Counted from the first letter of the stretch, positions 44,409 through 55,603 are shown. The stretch: DNA of 64,000 nt from an uncultured Acidobacteriota bacterium (GCA_963805975.1 CAWDVR010000001.1:1120001-1184000), one strand, 5' to 3'. Translations and numbers: made by a program. Notes: generated by a model not told the origin, from the letters alone.

Positions 44409-44601
44409 CCGGAGACCTCCCAGTTGTGGTTCGTGATGTAGCCGTACCGGTTTTGAGCCGAAGTACTGTAGGACTATACGGCATATTTCGTCGTGAAAGC
44501 AACCCCCGGCTGCACAAGATTTTGTGCAGGTGGTCGCCGCTCGAAAGATGCGATCCGTGCCTTTACCCTTGTACACTTCTATACTCTCCCGCCTGGCCTC
44601 G

Positions 44602-45750
44602 ATGACTCCTTTTCGTGTACCGACGGCTGTCACCCTGGCACCGGGCTGCCTGGCCCGGGCGGCGGAGCTCGCCCGTTCCTTCGGCCGCCGTGCCGTCCTC
44701 GCCCTGGACCGCGGCCTCGAGAGCACTCCCTGGCCGGGCCGTCTGCTCGCCGACCTCACCGCCGCCGGCTTCGAGGTGGAGGTCTTCGACGAGATCGAGC
44801 CCAACCCGCGGGCGGCCACGGTGGAGCGGCTGGCGACGCGCCTGCGCAAGAGCCGGGCGGAGGTGGTGATCGGGCTCGGCGGCGGCAGCGTGCTCGACGC
44901 CGCCAAGGCGGCGGCCATGCTGGCCACCAACGTCGGCTCCTGCGTCGCCTACGAGGGCCGCAACCGTTTCGCGGAGCGGCCACTGCCTTTCATCGCCGTG
45001 CCCACCACCTGCGGCACCGGCTCGGAGGTCACCTGGGTCTCGGTCGTGAGCGTGCCGGAACGGCGCGCCAAGATCAGTGTCAAGGGCGACGGCATGTTTC
45101 CCCGTCACGCTCTGGTAGACGCCGACCTGCTCATCACCCTGCCCCCGCACCTCGTGGCCTGGACCGCCCTCGACGCGCTCACGCACGCGCTCGAGGCCAC
45201 CACCGGCGCCCTGGCCAACCCGGCTTCCGACGCCCTGGCCGAGCGGTCGATCGAGCTCGTCTTTCGCTTCCTGCGGCGTGCGGCGCGCGACATCGAGGGT
45301 GACGCCGAGGCCAGACAGCAGGTGATGGCGGCCTCCACCCTCGCCGGCCTCGCCTTCGGCAACGCCGACGTGGCCGCCGTCCATTGTCTGTCCGAGACGC
45401 TGGGCGGCCTCTACGACGTGCCGCACGGTCTTGCCAATGCCGTGCTGTTGGGCCCCGTGCTGCGGGCTCACGGCGCGAGCGTCGAGGCCCGGCTGGCGAG
45501 CCTCGAGCGCGCGGTCACCGGCGGCCCGGGAGAGGCGGGGCCCGCCACCGCCGCCGCGCGGGTGCTCGACGCCGTCGATCGGCTCACCGCCGACCTCGGT
45601 ACACCGGTCTTCGCCGATCTCGGTGTGGCGCCGGCAGATTTTACCGAGATCGCCCGCCGCGCCGTGGCCAACGGCTCGAACGGCTCGAACCCCCGGCCGA
45701 TGGGGGAGCGGGAGTACCTCGAGATTCTCGAGCGCCTGGCCGCTCCGTAG
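44602..45750 (+). CDS. Iron-containing alcohol dehydrogenase
   Basis: EPNP, GLGGGSVLDAAK, PTTCGTGSEVT, DALTHALE, VHCLS..HGLANA; start uncertain. Confidence 0.92.
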   Translation: MTPFRVPTAVTLAPGCLARAAELARSFGRRAVLALDRGLESTPWPGRLLADLTAAGFEVEVFDEIEPNPRAATVERLATRLRKSRAEVVIGLGGGSVLDAAKAAAMLATNVGSCVAYEGRNRFAERPLPFIAVPTTCGTGSEVTWVSVVSVPERRAKISVKGDGMFPRHALVDADLLITLPPHLVAWTALDALTHALEATTGALANPASDALAERSIELVFRFLRRAARDIEGDAEARQQVMAASTLAGLAFGNADVAAVHCLSETLGGLYDVPHGLANAVLLGPVLRAHGASVEARLASLERAVTGGPGEAGPATAAARVLDAVDRLTADLGTPVFADLGVAPADFTEIARRAVANGSNGSNPRPMGEREYLEILERLAAP

Positions 45751-45757
45751 AGCTCTC

Positions 45758-47434
45758 TCAGGGCTGCCGCTCGGGCCGGGGCCCGACCTCGATCTCGTGG
45801 GTGATGATCGACATCACCGTCGACAGGTCGTCCCGCACGCCGATCGCCACGCGCTGCCTGCCCTCGGGCATCAGGAGGCCGATCTCGTAGCCGAAGAGCT
45901 GTTCCCTGGCGGCCTCGAGCTCCCCGGCCGGGATCTGCACCGGCACCACGGACGAGGAGATCGCCGAGCGGCTGCCGGTCTCGTCGCGCGAGGTGACGAA
46001 GAGGGTGAAGCGACCCTCGTACCCCGTGTCGCCGGGCTGCAAGGTGAGGTTGCCGAGCGGGATCCCGATGCGCAGCGGCACGCGCCTCCCGCCGTCCATC
46101 GCCACCGCCTCGCCGGCCGGTTCCATGCGCACGCCCAGCGTGTTCGAGCCCTCTCCGACCCACAGCGCCGCCAGGAGCTGGTCGTTCAACCGCTCCTCGG
46201 GCGTGCGGTCGAGGTAGCCGTGGCGGTAGCGCACCTGGGCGCCCTTGCGTTTGACCTTGACCTCCAACCGGCGGAGGTCGCCGCTGCCTGCCGCCGGCGC
46301 CTCGTAGCCCAGCGAGTAGAAGCTGCCGAGGTCGGTCCACAGCGGCTTCATCGCGGTGGGCAGGTCGATGGCGTTCAAGAGCGCCTTGCCGCCGGTGTCG
46401 GCGGCAAGGAAATTCAGTGAGTCGTGCAGGTTGGCGCGCTGATCGAGCTGCGAGGCGCCGTCGCGCCGCACCGCCTGCGGCGCCTGCCTGCCACCTGCGG
46501 CGTCGAGCGGGTAGAGCGTGACGCGGGCCGAGTTGGCGGCCGACGACAGCTTCTGGAGGCCGGAGCCGATATCGTAGCTCTCGGCACGGATGCTTGCCGA
46601 GGCGTCGCCGCAGATCCCGGCCATGCGCTTCACGATGTGGCTGCCGGGCCGCAGCTCGAGGCCGTCCGAGATGTAGAGCATCGCCTTGCGTCCCGGCACT
46701 CCCGCCATCGAGCCGAGAAGATCCCTGATCGCCTCGACCGTGGTCAGCACCCGGTGGGTCACGGTGTAGGTGTAGCGGCTGACCGCCTGGTCGATGATGC
46801 CGCTGCAGCCGCCGCTCCCGCTCTCGCCCTCGATCGCGTAGGAGATGAACTCCCAGACGACGTCCAGCTCGTTGTCGAGCTCCAGGCCGTAGTTCGGGGT
46901 GGACTCGAGACGGGCCAGGCCGGCGGCGATCGCCGTCGGGTCGCTGGTCCAGGTCTGGTGCACGTGGATCGCTTTGTCGTAGCTCACCAGAATCACCCGG
47001 TCGCGGGCTCCGAGGCCGGCGAGCACGCTCCGTAGCTGACCCAGCATGTGTGCGCGGTTCTGGGGCCGGGTGTTGACGTTGTCGAGCAGCACGATGAGCT
47101 GGAGGGGCTCGGCGGCGGCGATCCCGGTGGCCACGCCAGTGGCGGAGCCGTCGAGCCGCGGCTCGCTCACCGCTGCGAAGTTGGAGACCTCCACTCGGGC
47201 ACCTTCGTCGTAGAGCTCGAAGTCCTCGACGCCCAGGCCGGTGATCAGCTTGCCGGAACGGTCGGTGACCACCACGTCCACGTTGACCACGTTGACCTCC
47301 ACCCGCTCTCCGAAAGTGGGTGGGGAGGCGGTTCGGGGCTCGCTCTCGCCGGTGGCCTCCGGAAGGGCCCGCGAGGGCCAGAGGCCGACCAGGAGGACGA
47401 GACCGGCGGCGATGAACGGGCGGGCCTTGAACAT
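45758..47434 (-). CDS. Acidobacterial VWA-domain secreted protein
   Basis: FGERVEVNVVNVDVVVTDRSG, PGRKAMLYISDG, LAADTGG, YSLGY, VRYRHGY. Confidence 0.88.
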   Translation of the reverse strand: MFKARPFIAAGLVLLVGLWPSRALPEATGESEPRTASPPTFGERVEVNVVNVDVVVTDRSGKLITGLGVEDFELYDEGARVEVSNFAAVSEPRLDGSATGVATGIAAAEPLQLIVLLDNVNTRPQNRAHMLGQLRSVLAGLGARDRVILVSYDKAIHVHQTWTSDPTAIAAGLARLESTPNYGLELDNELDVVWEFISYAIEGESGSGGCSGIIDQAVSRYTYTVTHRVLTTVEAIRDLLGSMAGVPGRKAMLYISDGLELRPGSHIVKRMAGICGDASASIRAESYDIGSGLQKLSSAANSARVTLYPLDAAGGRQAPQAVRRDGASQLDQRANLHDSLNFLAADTGGKALLNAIDLPTAMKPLWTDLGSFYSLGYEAPAAGSGDLRRLEVKVKRKGAQVRYRHGYLDRTPEERLNDQLLAALWVGEGSNTLGVRMEPAGEAVAMDGGRRVPLRIGIPLGNLTLQPGDTGYEGRFTLFVTSRDETGSRSAISSSVVPVQIPAGELEAAREQLFGYEIGLLMPEGRQRVAIGVRDDLSTVMSIITHEIEVGPRPERQP

Positions 47435-47547
47435 GGCGGAAACCTCCTCGGGAAAAGAGCCTGCTCAGTATACGCACCCGAGGCGTGCCGGGGGCACCGC
47501 GGCCGACCCTCGCGTCCGCTACAATCGGGCCACTGTCGAGGCCTGCC

Positions 47548-48843
47548 ATGAACCGACGCCAGATGCTCGCCGCCTTGGGCGGCACCGCGACCGCTGCTTT
47601 CGCCGCCGCCCTGCGCTCCGACCGCGCGTTCGCGCTTTCCGAAAAGCTGGCGCGCCATCCGGGAGCGGCCCACGCCGTGGCGGCGGACGAGGACTTCTGG
47701 TTCGAGGTTCAGGCGGCCTTCACCGTCGACCGGACCCTGGTCAATCTCAACAACGGCGGTGTCAGCCCGTCCCCCGGTCCGGTGCAGGACGCCATGCGCC
47801 GCTATCTCGAGTACTCCAACATGGCGCCCGCCTACACCATGTGGCAGATCCTGGAGCCACAGCGGGAGACGGTGCGCAAGCGGCTGGCCGCGGCGTTCGG
47901 CTCTGATGCCGAAGAGATGGCCCTGACGCGCAACGCCTCCGAGGGCTTGCAGATCTGCCAGCTCGGTTTCGACCTCAAGGCCGGCGACGAGGTGCTGACC
48001 ACCACCCAGGACTATGGCCGCATGATCACCACCTTCGAGCAGCGGCAGCGGCGCGACGGCATCGTGCTCAAGCAGTTTCAGATCCCGGTGCCGGCCGAGG
48101 ACCCCGCCGCGGTGGTCGAGCTGTTCGAGAAGAACCTCACGCCGCGCACCAAGCTGATCCTGATGTGCCACATGATCAATCTGACCGGCCAGATCCTGCC
48201 GGTCGCCGAGGTGGTGGCGATGGCGCGCGAGCGCGGCGTCCCGGTGGTGGTGGACGGCGCCCACGCCTTCGCGCACTTCGACTTCAGGCTCGCCGACCTG
48301 GGCTGCGACTACTACGCCACCAGCCTGCACAAATGGTTGTTCGCGCCGCACGGCACCGGCTTCCTCTTCGTGCGCCGCGAGAAGATCGCCGGGCTCTGGC
48401 CGCTGATGGCGGCGCCGCAGGCTCTGGAAGGCGACATCCGGAAGTTCGAGGAGATCGGCACCCACCCCGCGGCCAACTACCTCGCGATCGGCGACGCCCT
48501 GACCTTCCACGACGGCCTCGGGGCGGCCCGCAAGGAGGCCCGGCTCACCTACCTTCGAGACCGCTGGGCACGGCGCCTGGCCACCCATCCGCGGGTGCGC
48601 CTCCACACCAGCTTGAAGCCCGGCCTGGCCTGCGGCCTGGCAACGGTCGAGTGCCTCGACCTCGACACCGCGGCCCTCGCCGACGCGCTGTGGGAAAAGC
48701 ACCGCATCTTCACCGTGGCGATCCAGCACCCCGAGTTCACGGGCCTGCGGGTGACGCCGAGCGTCTACACCACGGTCGAGGAGGTGGACCGTTTCGCGGG
48801 CGTGATGGAGCGCATCCTGGAGAAGGGGTTGGAGGCGGCATGA
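47548..48843 (+). CDS. Tat-exported class V PLP enzyme (isopenicillin-N-epimerase-like)
   Basis: MNRRQMLAAL twin-arginine leader; LNNGGVSP, TRNASE, VDGAH, SLHKW. Confidence 0.9.
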   Translation: MNRRQMLAALGGTATAAFAAALRSDRAFALSEKLARHPGAAHAVAADEDFWFEVQAAFTVDRTLVNLNNGGVSPSPGPVQDAMRRYLEYSNMAPAYTMWQILEPQRETVRKRLAAAFGSDAEEMALTRNASEGLQICQLGFDLKAGDEVLTTTQDYGRMITTFEQRQRRDGIVLKQFQIPVPAEDPAAVVELFEKNLTPRTKLILMCHMINLTGQILPVAEVVAMARERGVPVVVDGAHAFAHFDFRLADLGCDYYATSLHKWLFAPHGTGFLFVRREKIAGLWPLMAAPQALEGDIRKFEEIGTHPAANYLAIGDALTFHDGLGAARKEARLTYLRDRWARRLATHPRVRLHTSLKPGLACGLATVECLDLDTAALADALWEKHRIFTVAIQHPEFTGLRVTPSVYTTVEEVDRFAGVMERILEKGLEAA

Positions 48844-49316
48844 AGAAGAGCCATCGCCGGTTGCTGTCCGTTCTCGCCGCCGGGTGCCCGGCCCTCCTCG
48901 CGGCCTGCGCGAGTGCGCCGGAGGCAACGCTGCCAGTACGGCGGGTGATCGCGACAGCCAACGCACCGGCCGCCATCGGCCCCTACTCGCAGGCCATCCA
49001 GGCCGGGGATTTCCTCTACGTCGCGGGGCAGCTCGGCACCGATCCGGCCACCGGCCAGTTGGTTCCCGGTGGCGTCGAGCCCGAGGCCCGTCGCGCCTTG
49101 GACAACGTCAAGGCGATCGTCGAAGCCGCCGGCTTCAGCCTCGCCGACGTGGTCCAGTGCCAGGTCTTCCTGGCCGACATCGCCGATTACGCCGCCTTCA
49201 ACGCCATCTACGCCACCTACTTCCCCAAAGACCCCCCGGCCCGAGCTCTCGTCCAACCGGCAGCCCTGCCGCGGGGCGGGAGGGTGGAGGTGCTGGTGGT
49301 GGCGGTGCGGCGGTGA
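48840..49316 (+). CDS. ridA: RidA/YjgF family enamine deaminase with lipoprotein signal
   Basis: APAAIGPYSQA, AGQLG, FNAIYATYF..PPARA, LPRGGRVE; N-terminus MKKSHRR..LLAAC; ATGA overlap. Confidence 0.85.
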   Translation: MKKSHRRLLSVLAAGCPALLAACASAPEATLPVRRVIATANAPAAIGPYSQAIQAGDFLYVAGQLGTDPATGQLVPGGVEPEARRALDNVKAIVEAAGFSLADVVQCQVFLADIADYAAFNAIYATYFPKDPPARALVQPAALPRGGRVEVLVVAVRR

Positions 49317-49350
49317 AAGCGGCATCTCGGTGTCTGGTCTCGATCCAGCC

Positions 49351-49822
49351 ATGCCACGACCCAAACGATTCCTGGCCGCCCTGGCACCGCTGATTCTCCA
49401 GATCGCCGCCTGCACCGCGGGCACTCCGAACCCGGCGCCTGCATCCACCGCACCACCCGACCCGGTCACCCACGTCTACCGGGAGGTGGACGGCAGGGAG
49501 CTGCGAGCCTTCGTGTTCCAACCGCCTCAGGCAGACCGCTCACCGGCGCCGGAACGCGGGGCGCCTGGGGGTCGATGCCTCGCGAGTTGCAGGGCACGGG
49601 GTCTCCGCCGGCGGGCAACTGGTTTCCGCTGCCGCTACCAAGGGGTGTGGAGGCTCGGAAGGAAGCTTCGGCAACGGCGGGCCGGATGGAGTCGGGCACT
49701 TGTTGACCCGGAACCTCGAGGATCAGGAGGACGGCTACGATCCGGATCCCGATGCCCGCGCCGACGGGATCGCGCAGCAGGAGCGATTCCTCCGCGAGAT
49801 CTGGTTGCGGCCGAGAAACTGA
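49351..49822 (+). pseudogene. Alpha/beta-hydrolase (esterase) lipoprotein pseudogene with two internal deletions
   Basis: Frame 1: signal + VYREVDGRELRAFVFQP. From 49550 in frame 2: RNAGRLGVDASRVAGHGVSAGGQL..GGPD|GVGHLLTRNL..DPDPDARADG..RN*. HGGG region and catalytic-Asp region missing. Confidence 0.75.
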
Positions 49823-49860
49823 CCGGCGAGCCGCCGGCCCGAGCTGCTAGCATCCTCCGG

Positions 49861-51228
49861 ATGCTCGCCCGTCCCCGCCCCGTGCCGGCGCCCTGGGCAC
49901 CCGATTCCTGGCGCGCCCAGCCCACTGCGCAGCAGCCGCCGTATCCCGACGCCGCGGCGGTCGACGAGGTCATGGACCGCATCGCGCGCCTGCCGCCGAT
50001 CGTCACTTCCTGGGAGGTCGAAGCACTCAAGGCCCAGCTCGGCGAGGCCGCGGCGGGCAAGGCGTTCCTGCTCCAGGGCGGGGACTGTGCCGAGAGCTTC
50101 GACGACTGCCAGCCGTCGGTGATCGCCGACAAGCTGAAGATCCTGCTGCAGATGAGCCTGGTGCTGGTCTTCGGCGGCCGCAAGCGGGTGATCCGCGTGG
50201 GGCGCATCGCCGGCCAGTACGCCAAGCCGCGCTCGGCGGACTACGAGACCAGGGACGGTGTGACGCTGCCGGCCTACCGGGGCGACCTGGTGAACCGCGT
50301 CGGTTTCACCCAGGCGGAGCGCACCCCCGACCCGGAGCTGATGCTGCGCGGCTACGAGCGCGCCGCCCTGACCCTGAACTTCATCCGCGGCCTGACGGAC
50401 GGCGGCTTCGCCGACCTCCATCACCCGGAATACTGGGACCTGGGCTTCCTCGACCACTCGCCGCTCGCCGGCGAGTACCGGCGCATCGTCGAGCGGATGA
50501 GCGAATCGATCCGCTTCATGGAGACCCTGACGCAGCTCGATGCCGAAGAGCTGTCGCGGGTGGATTTCTACACCGCGCACGAGGGCCTGCACCTGCCGTA
50601 CGAGCAGGCGCAGACCCGGCGCGTGCCGCACCGCTCGGGCTGGTACAACCTCGCGACCCACATGCCGTGGATCGGCATGCGCACCAACGACCCGGCGGGC
50701 GCGCACGTGGAGTATTTCCGGGGCATCGAGAACCCGGTCGGCGTCAAGGTCGGCCCGGCCACGCCGCGCGACAAGCTGCTGCGCCTGATCGACCTGCTGC
50801 TGCCCGAGGAGCAGCCCGGGCGGCTCACGCTGATCCACCGCTTCGGCGCCGGGGCGATCGCCGCCGAGCTGCCCCGGCTGGTCGAGATCGTGCGCGAGGC
50901 CGGGCGCACGGTGGTCTTCTGCTGCGACCCCATGCACGGCAACACCGAGACCACGGAGTCCGGGTACAAGACGCGGCGCTTCGACTTCATCCTCTCCGAG
51001 CTCGAGCAGGCGCTCGACCTCCACGCCCGGCTGGGGAGCCACCTGGGCGGCGTTCACTTCGAGCTCACGGGCGAAAACGTGACCGAGTGCGTGGGGGGCG
51101 CGCGCGGTCTCCAGGAGGTGGACCTGAAACGGGCCTACCGCTCGCAGGTCGACCCGCGGCTGAACGACGAGCAGGCGCTCGAGATGGCGATCTCGATCGC
51201 CCGCCGCATGGCGGGTTCCCCGGCCTGA
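49861..51228 (+). CDS. Class II DAHP synthase (3-deoxy-7-phosphoheptulonate synthase)
   Basis: LLQGGDCAESF, GRIAGQYAKPRS, WIGMRT, CDPMHGNT, GGVHFELTGENVTEC, DPRLN. Confidence 0.95.
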   Translation: MLARPRPVPAPWAPDSWRAQPTAQQPPYPDAAAVDEVMDRIARLPPIVTSWEVEALKAQLGEAAAGKAFLLQGGDCAESFDDCQPSVIADKLKILLQMSLVLVFGGRKRVIRVGRIAGQYAKPRSADYETRDGVTLPAYRGDLVNRVGFTQAERTPDPELMLRGYERAALTLNFIRGLTDGGFADLHHPEYWDLGFLDHSPLAGEYRRIVERMSESIRFMETLTQLDAEELSRVDFYTAHEGLHLPYEQAQTRRVPHRSGWYNLATHMPWIGMRTNDPAGAHVEYFRGIENPVGVKVGPATPRDKLLRLIDLLLPEEQPGRLTLIHRFGAGAIAAELPRLVEIVREAGRTVVFCCDPMHGNTETTESGYKTRRFDFILSELEQALDLHARLGSHLGGVHFELTGENVTECVGGARGLQEVDLKRAYRSQVDPRLNDEQALEMAISIARRMAGSPA

Positions 51229-51238
51229 GCCTCCCGCA

Positions 51239-52585
51239 ATGAGCGCCGCGGACACCACCGTGCGCGCCGATGCGCCGCGCTGGAGCCTCGCGCAGCGGGT
51301 GGCGTTCCGGTTCGTCTTCTCCTACGCCGCGCTCTACTTCGTTACCGCCAAGCCTTTCAACCTGATCCCAGGGAGTCACTTCCTGGTGGAGAAGTACGTG
51401 GCGTGCTGGTACGCCGCGGTGGTCTGGGTGGGCAAGAACGTCCTCCGCACCAGCTACGACATCTATCTGCTCGACAGCGGGAGTGGTATCGGCAACACCG
51501 CTTTCGGCTCGATCCTGTTCCTGTGCTACCTGGTGGCCGCCGTCGTCGCCACGGTGGTGTGGTCGATGCTCGATCGCCGGAGGCCCCACTACCAGCGGCT
51601 TCACCAGGGCCTCCGACTGGTGGTCCGCTGCTCGCTGGCTCTGACCATGATCCACTACGGCGCGCTCAAGGTGATCCCCGTCCAGATGATCTCGCCGCCC
51701 CCGCTGGGGGTGCTCACGCAGCGGGTGGGAGACCTCACCCGGATGCGCCTGCTGTGGCTCTTCATGGGCGCCTCGCCGCAGTACGAGAGCCTCACCGGCC
51801 TGGCCGAGCTGCTGGGCGGCGTGCTGCTCCTGGTTCCCCGGACGACGCTCCTAGGAGCGCTGCTCTGCGCCGGCAACCTGGCGATGGTCTTCACGCTCAA
51901 CATGTGCTTCGACGTGCAGGTCAAGCTCTATTCGCTCCACCTCTTCTTCATGTCTCTGGTGCTGATCGCCCCGGATGCTGGGCGGCTGGCCAACTTGCTG
52001 CTCTTGAACCGCCGGGCGGAGCCCGCGCCCACCCCACGGCTCTTTGCCAGGCGGTGGCTCGACCTGGCGCCGCACGTCCTGATCTTTCTGCTCGGCGCCT
52101 ACGCGATCGTGGGGGACTTCCGCGAGGCCTGGAGGCGCTACCAGGAGTTCCACCCGCCCAGGCCGCCGCTCTACGGGGTCTGGAAGGTCGAAAAGCACTC
52201 GGTGGGCGGCGAGGAGGTCCCCGAGGCGGGGGACGCGAAGCGCTGGCAATACGTGTTCTTCAGGAACCCGGGGGCAATGTCGGTCGAGCACCAGGCCGGG
52301 ACCTGGGAAGGCTACGGGCTCGATCTCGATCTCGCGGCCCGGACCATGGCCCTGCGCAAGCTCCGACGCGACGCGCAGGGGCAGTTGATACGGAAGGCGG
52401 ACGGGACGTTCGAGAGCGATGCGACCGTGCAGGGAGCGCTCTCCTTCGAGCAACCCGACCCCGACGTCCTGGTCCTGAGCGGCAGCCTGGACGGAGCGCC
52501 GGTCGAGGTGCAGACGCGCAAGATGGCGCTCCTCGCCACGGGCTTCCACTGGATCTTCGATCCGGGACGGGACAGCGAGCCGTAG
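51239..52585 (+). CDS. DoxX-like membrane protein
   Basis: FRFVFSY, YGALKVIPVQM, LLWLFMGAS, E..GGVLLL..RT..LGAL, NMCFDVQVKLYS. Confidence 0.8.
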   Translation: MSAADTTVRADAPRWSLAQRVAFRFVFSYAALYFVTAKPFNLIPGSHFLVEKYVACWYAAVVWVGKNVLRTSYDIYLLDSGSGIGNTAFGSILFLCYLVAAVVATVVWSMLDRRRPHYQRLHQGLRLVVRCSLALTMIHYGALKVIPVQMISPPPLGVLTQRVGDLTRMRLLWLFMGASPQYESLTGLAELLGGVLLLVPRTTLLGALLCAGNLAMVFTLNMCFDVQVKLYSLHLFFMSLVLIAPDAGRLANLLLLNRRAEPAPTPRLFARRWLDLAPHVLIFLLGAYAIVGDFREAWRRYQEFHPPRPPLYGVWKVEKHSVGGEEVPEAGDAKRWQYVFFRNPGAMSVEHQAGTWEGYGLDLDLAARTMALRKLRRDAQGQLIRKADGTFESDATVQGALSFEQPDPDVLVLSGSLDGAPVEVQTRKMALLATGFHWIFDPGRDSEP

Positions 52586-52679
52586 GAGGCCGCGTTCTCG
52601 GAGGCCGAGACGCGTTGCTCCTTGGCGCGGGGCCGCCCCCTCTGGCGCGAGGCCCCGAGTTGCGACACAATCCCGCGCG

Positions 52680-52979
52680 ATGAACCCCGAAACCAGGAGT
52701 CAGGACAGGCCGCTGCACTACACGCGGATCGAGCTCGAGAGCTACCTGCCGAGCGGCTGGAACCTCGACCCCGAACGGCCGGAGGGCGCCTTCGACCCCA
52801 AGAAGCGGCTCTGGCGCACCACGGTGTACGACGGGCTCGACCTTTCCTGGCCGCTGGACGTGAAAGCGGAGGACGCCAGCCGGAGCGGTCGTCTGCCGGC
52901 CCTGGCCGCGGCGATGGATCGGGTGTTCCGCCACCGGCTGGGCAAGCCGACGCGGGGCCTGGGATTGGGTGGCGCGTGA
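52680..52979 (+). CDS. Hypothetical protein (99 aa)
   Basis: GC3-biased ORF in operon orientation. Confidence 0.65.
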   Translation: MNPETRSQDRPLHYTRIELESYLPSGWNLDPERPEGAFDPKKRLWRTTVYDGLDLSWPLDVKAEDASRSGRLPALAAAMDRVFRHRLGKPTRGLGLGGA

Positions 52980-52995
52980 GAAGGAAAGGCCGGCG

Positions 52996-54142
<1,147 letters not shown>

Positions 54143-54155
54143 GGGATGGCGCCCT

Positions 54156-54182
54156 CGTCATCCTGAGCGCAGCGAAGGATCT
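54156..54182. repeat. CGTC-type REP element
   Basis: CGTCATCCTGAGCGCAGCGAAGGATCT between the two ACAD genes. Confidence 0.7.
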
Positions 54183-54188
54183 GAGCCC

Positions 54189-55364
54189 GTGACAGCCTCC
54201 GGCAGCACCTCAGGCCCAGGCCCGGACTTCGGCCTCTCCGAAGATCAGGAGCTGCTGCGCGACACGGTGCGCCGCTTCGCCGAGGAGCGTATCCGCCCCG
54301 GCACCCGCGAGCGCGACCTGAAGCACGAGCTGCCGGCCGGCATCCTCGAGGAGATGGCGGAGCTGGGGCTCCTGGGCATGATGGTGCCCGAGGAGCACGG
54401 CGGCGGCGGGGTCGACGCCTTGACCTACGCGCTGGCGATCGAGGAGGTGGCCCGGGTCTGCCCCTCGACGGCGGTCACCATGAGCGTCACCAACTCGGTG
54501 GCCTGCTGGCCGATCGCCCGCTTCGGCAGCGACTATTTGAAGCAGGGGCCGCTCACCGAGCTCGCCTCGGGCCGCACGCTCGGCGGCTTCGGCCTCACCG
54601 AGCCGACGGCAGGGAGCGATCCCGCCTCGATGCGCACCACCGCCCGCCGCGACGGAGACGCCTGGGTGCTCGACGGCGAGAAGGCGTGGATCACCAACGC
54701 CGGCGTCGCCGGCTACTACGTGGTGCTGGCGCGGACCGATCCCCAGGCCGTCAAGCGGGGCATCAGCGCGTTCGTCGTGCCGGCCGACGCCCCGGGCTTC
54801 TCAGTCGGCGCGCCGGAGGAGAAGCTGGGCCTGCGCGCCTCGATCACCCGCGCCATCTTCTTCAACGGCTGCCGCATCCCGGCCAGGAACCTGCTGGGCG
54901 AGGAGGGCCAGGGCCTGAGGATCGCCTTCGCCACGCTCTCGCACTCGCGGCTCGGCATCGCGGCGCAGGCGGTGGGCATGCACCAGCGCGCGCTGGAGCT
55001 CGCCGTGGCCTACGCCCGCGAGCGGGTGCAGTTCGGCGTTCCCATCGCCCAGCACCAGGCGATCCAGTTCAAGATCGCGAGCATCGCGACCGAGCTCGCG
55101 GCCGCCCGCGCCCTCACCTGGCGCGGCGCCGCCGAGGAGCACTCGCGGGCCGCTCCGCGCTACGCCGCGGAGGCCAAGCTCTACGCCTCCGAGGCCGCCA
55201 ACCGCGCGGTCTGGGAGTCGCTCCAGATCCACGGCGGCAACGGCTTCTCCGAGGAGTACGAGATCGCCCGCCTCTACCGCGACGTGCGGGTGACGGCGAT
55301 CTACGAAGGCTCGAGCGAGATGCAGCGGCTGGTGATCGCGCGCTCGCTGCTCGGCGGCTCCTAG
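54189..55364 (+). CDS. Acyl-CoA dehydrogenase
   Basis: FGLTEPTAGSD, GEKAWITN, RVQFG..HQAIQF, IHGGNG, IYEGSSEMQ. Confidence 0.93.
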   Translation: MTASGSTSGPGPDFGLSEDQELLRDTVRRFAEERIRPGTRERDLKHELPAGILEEMAELGLLGMMVPEEHGGGGVDALTYALAIEEVARVCPSTAVTMSVTNSVACWPIARFGSDYLKQGPLTELASGRTLGGFGLTEPTAGSDPASMRTTARRDGDAWVLDGEKAWITNAGVAGYYVVLARTDPQAVKRGISAFVVPADAPGFSVGAPEEKLGLRASITRAIFFNGCRIPARNLLGEEGQGLRIAFATLSHSRLGIAAQAVGMHQRALELAVAYARERVQFGVPIAQHQAIQFKIASIATELAAARALTWRGAAEEHSRAAPRYAAEAKLYASEAANRAVWESLQIHGGNGFSEEYEIARLYRDVRVTAIYEGSSEMQRLVIARSLLGGS

Positions 55365-55603
55365 CCGCCGAGCCTCCCGATCTCCTCGTCCAGGAAAGCG
55401 AGCGCCTGCTCGAGGGCGGTGCGCCGGAGCGCGGAGCGGGTGGTGGCGATCTCCTGCACGACGCGCCGGCGCGACAGCTCGAGGCCTTCCCGCTTGCGCC
55501 GGAGCTCGCGCTCCTCAGGGGTCAGGTCCACGCCTCGGTCCGCGCTCCGGTCCGCGCTTTCGATCTGTGACTCGACGGACTTGCTCTCCCAGCCGCGCGC
55601 CAT
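55361..55603 (-). CDS. Small coiled-coil hypothetical protein
   Basis: MARGWESKSVESQIE..LELSRRRV; good codon bias. Confidence 0.75.
   Translation of the reverse strand: MARGWESKSVESQIESADRSADRGVDLTPEERELRRKREGLELSRRRVVQEIATTRSALRRTALEQALAFLDEEIGRLGG

Noticed and set aside
49069-51228. 719-aa DAHP synthase with long N-terminal extension
   Set aside because: Extension is chance read-through of ridA and the esterase pseudogene; the conserved sequence starts near ATG 49861.
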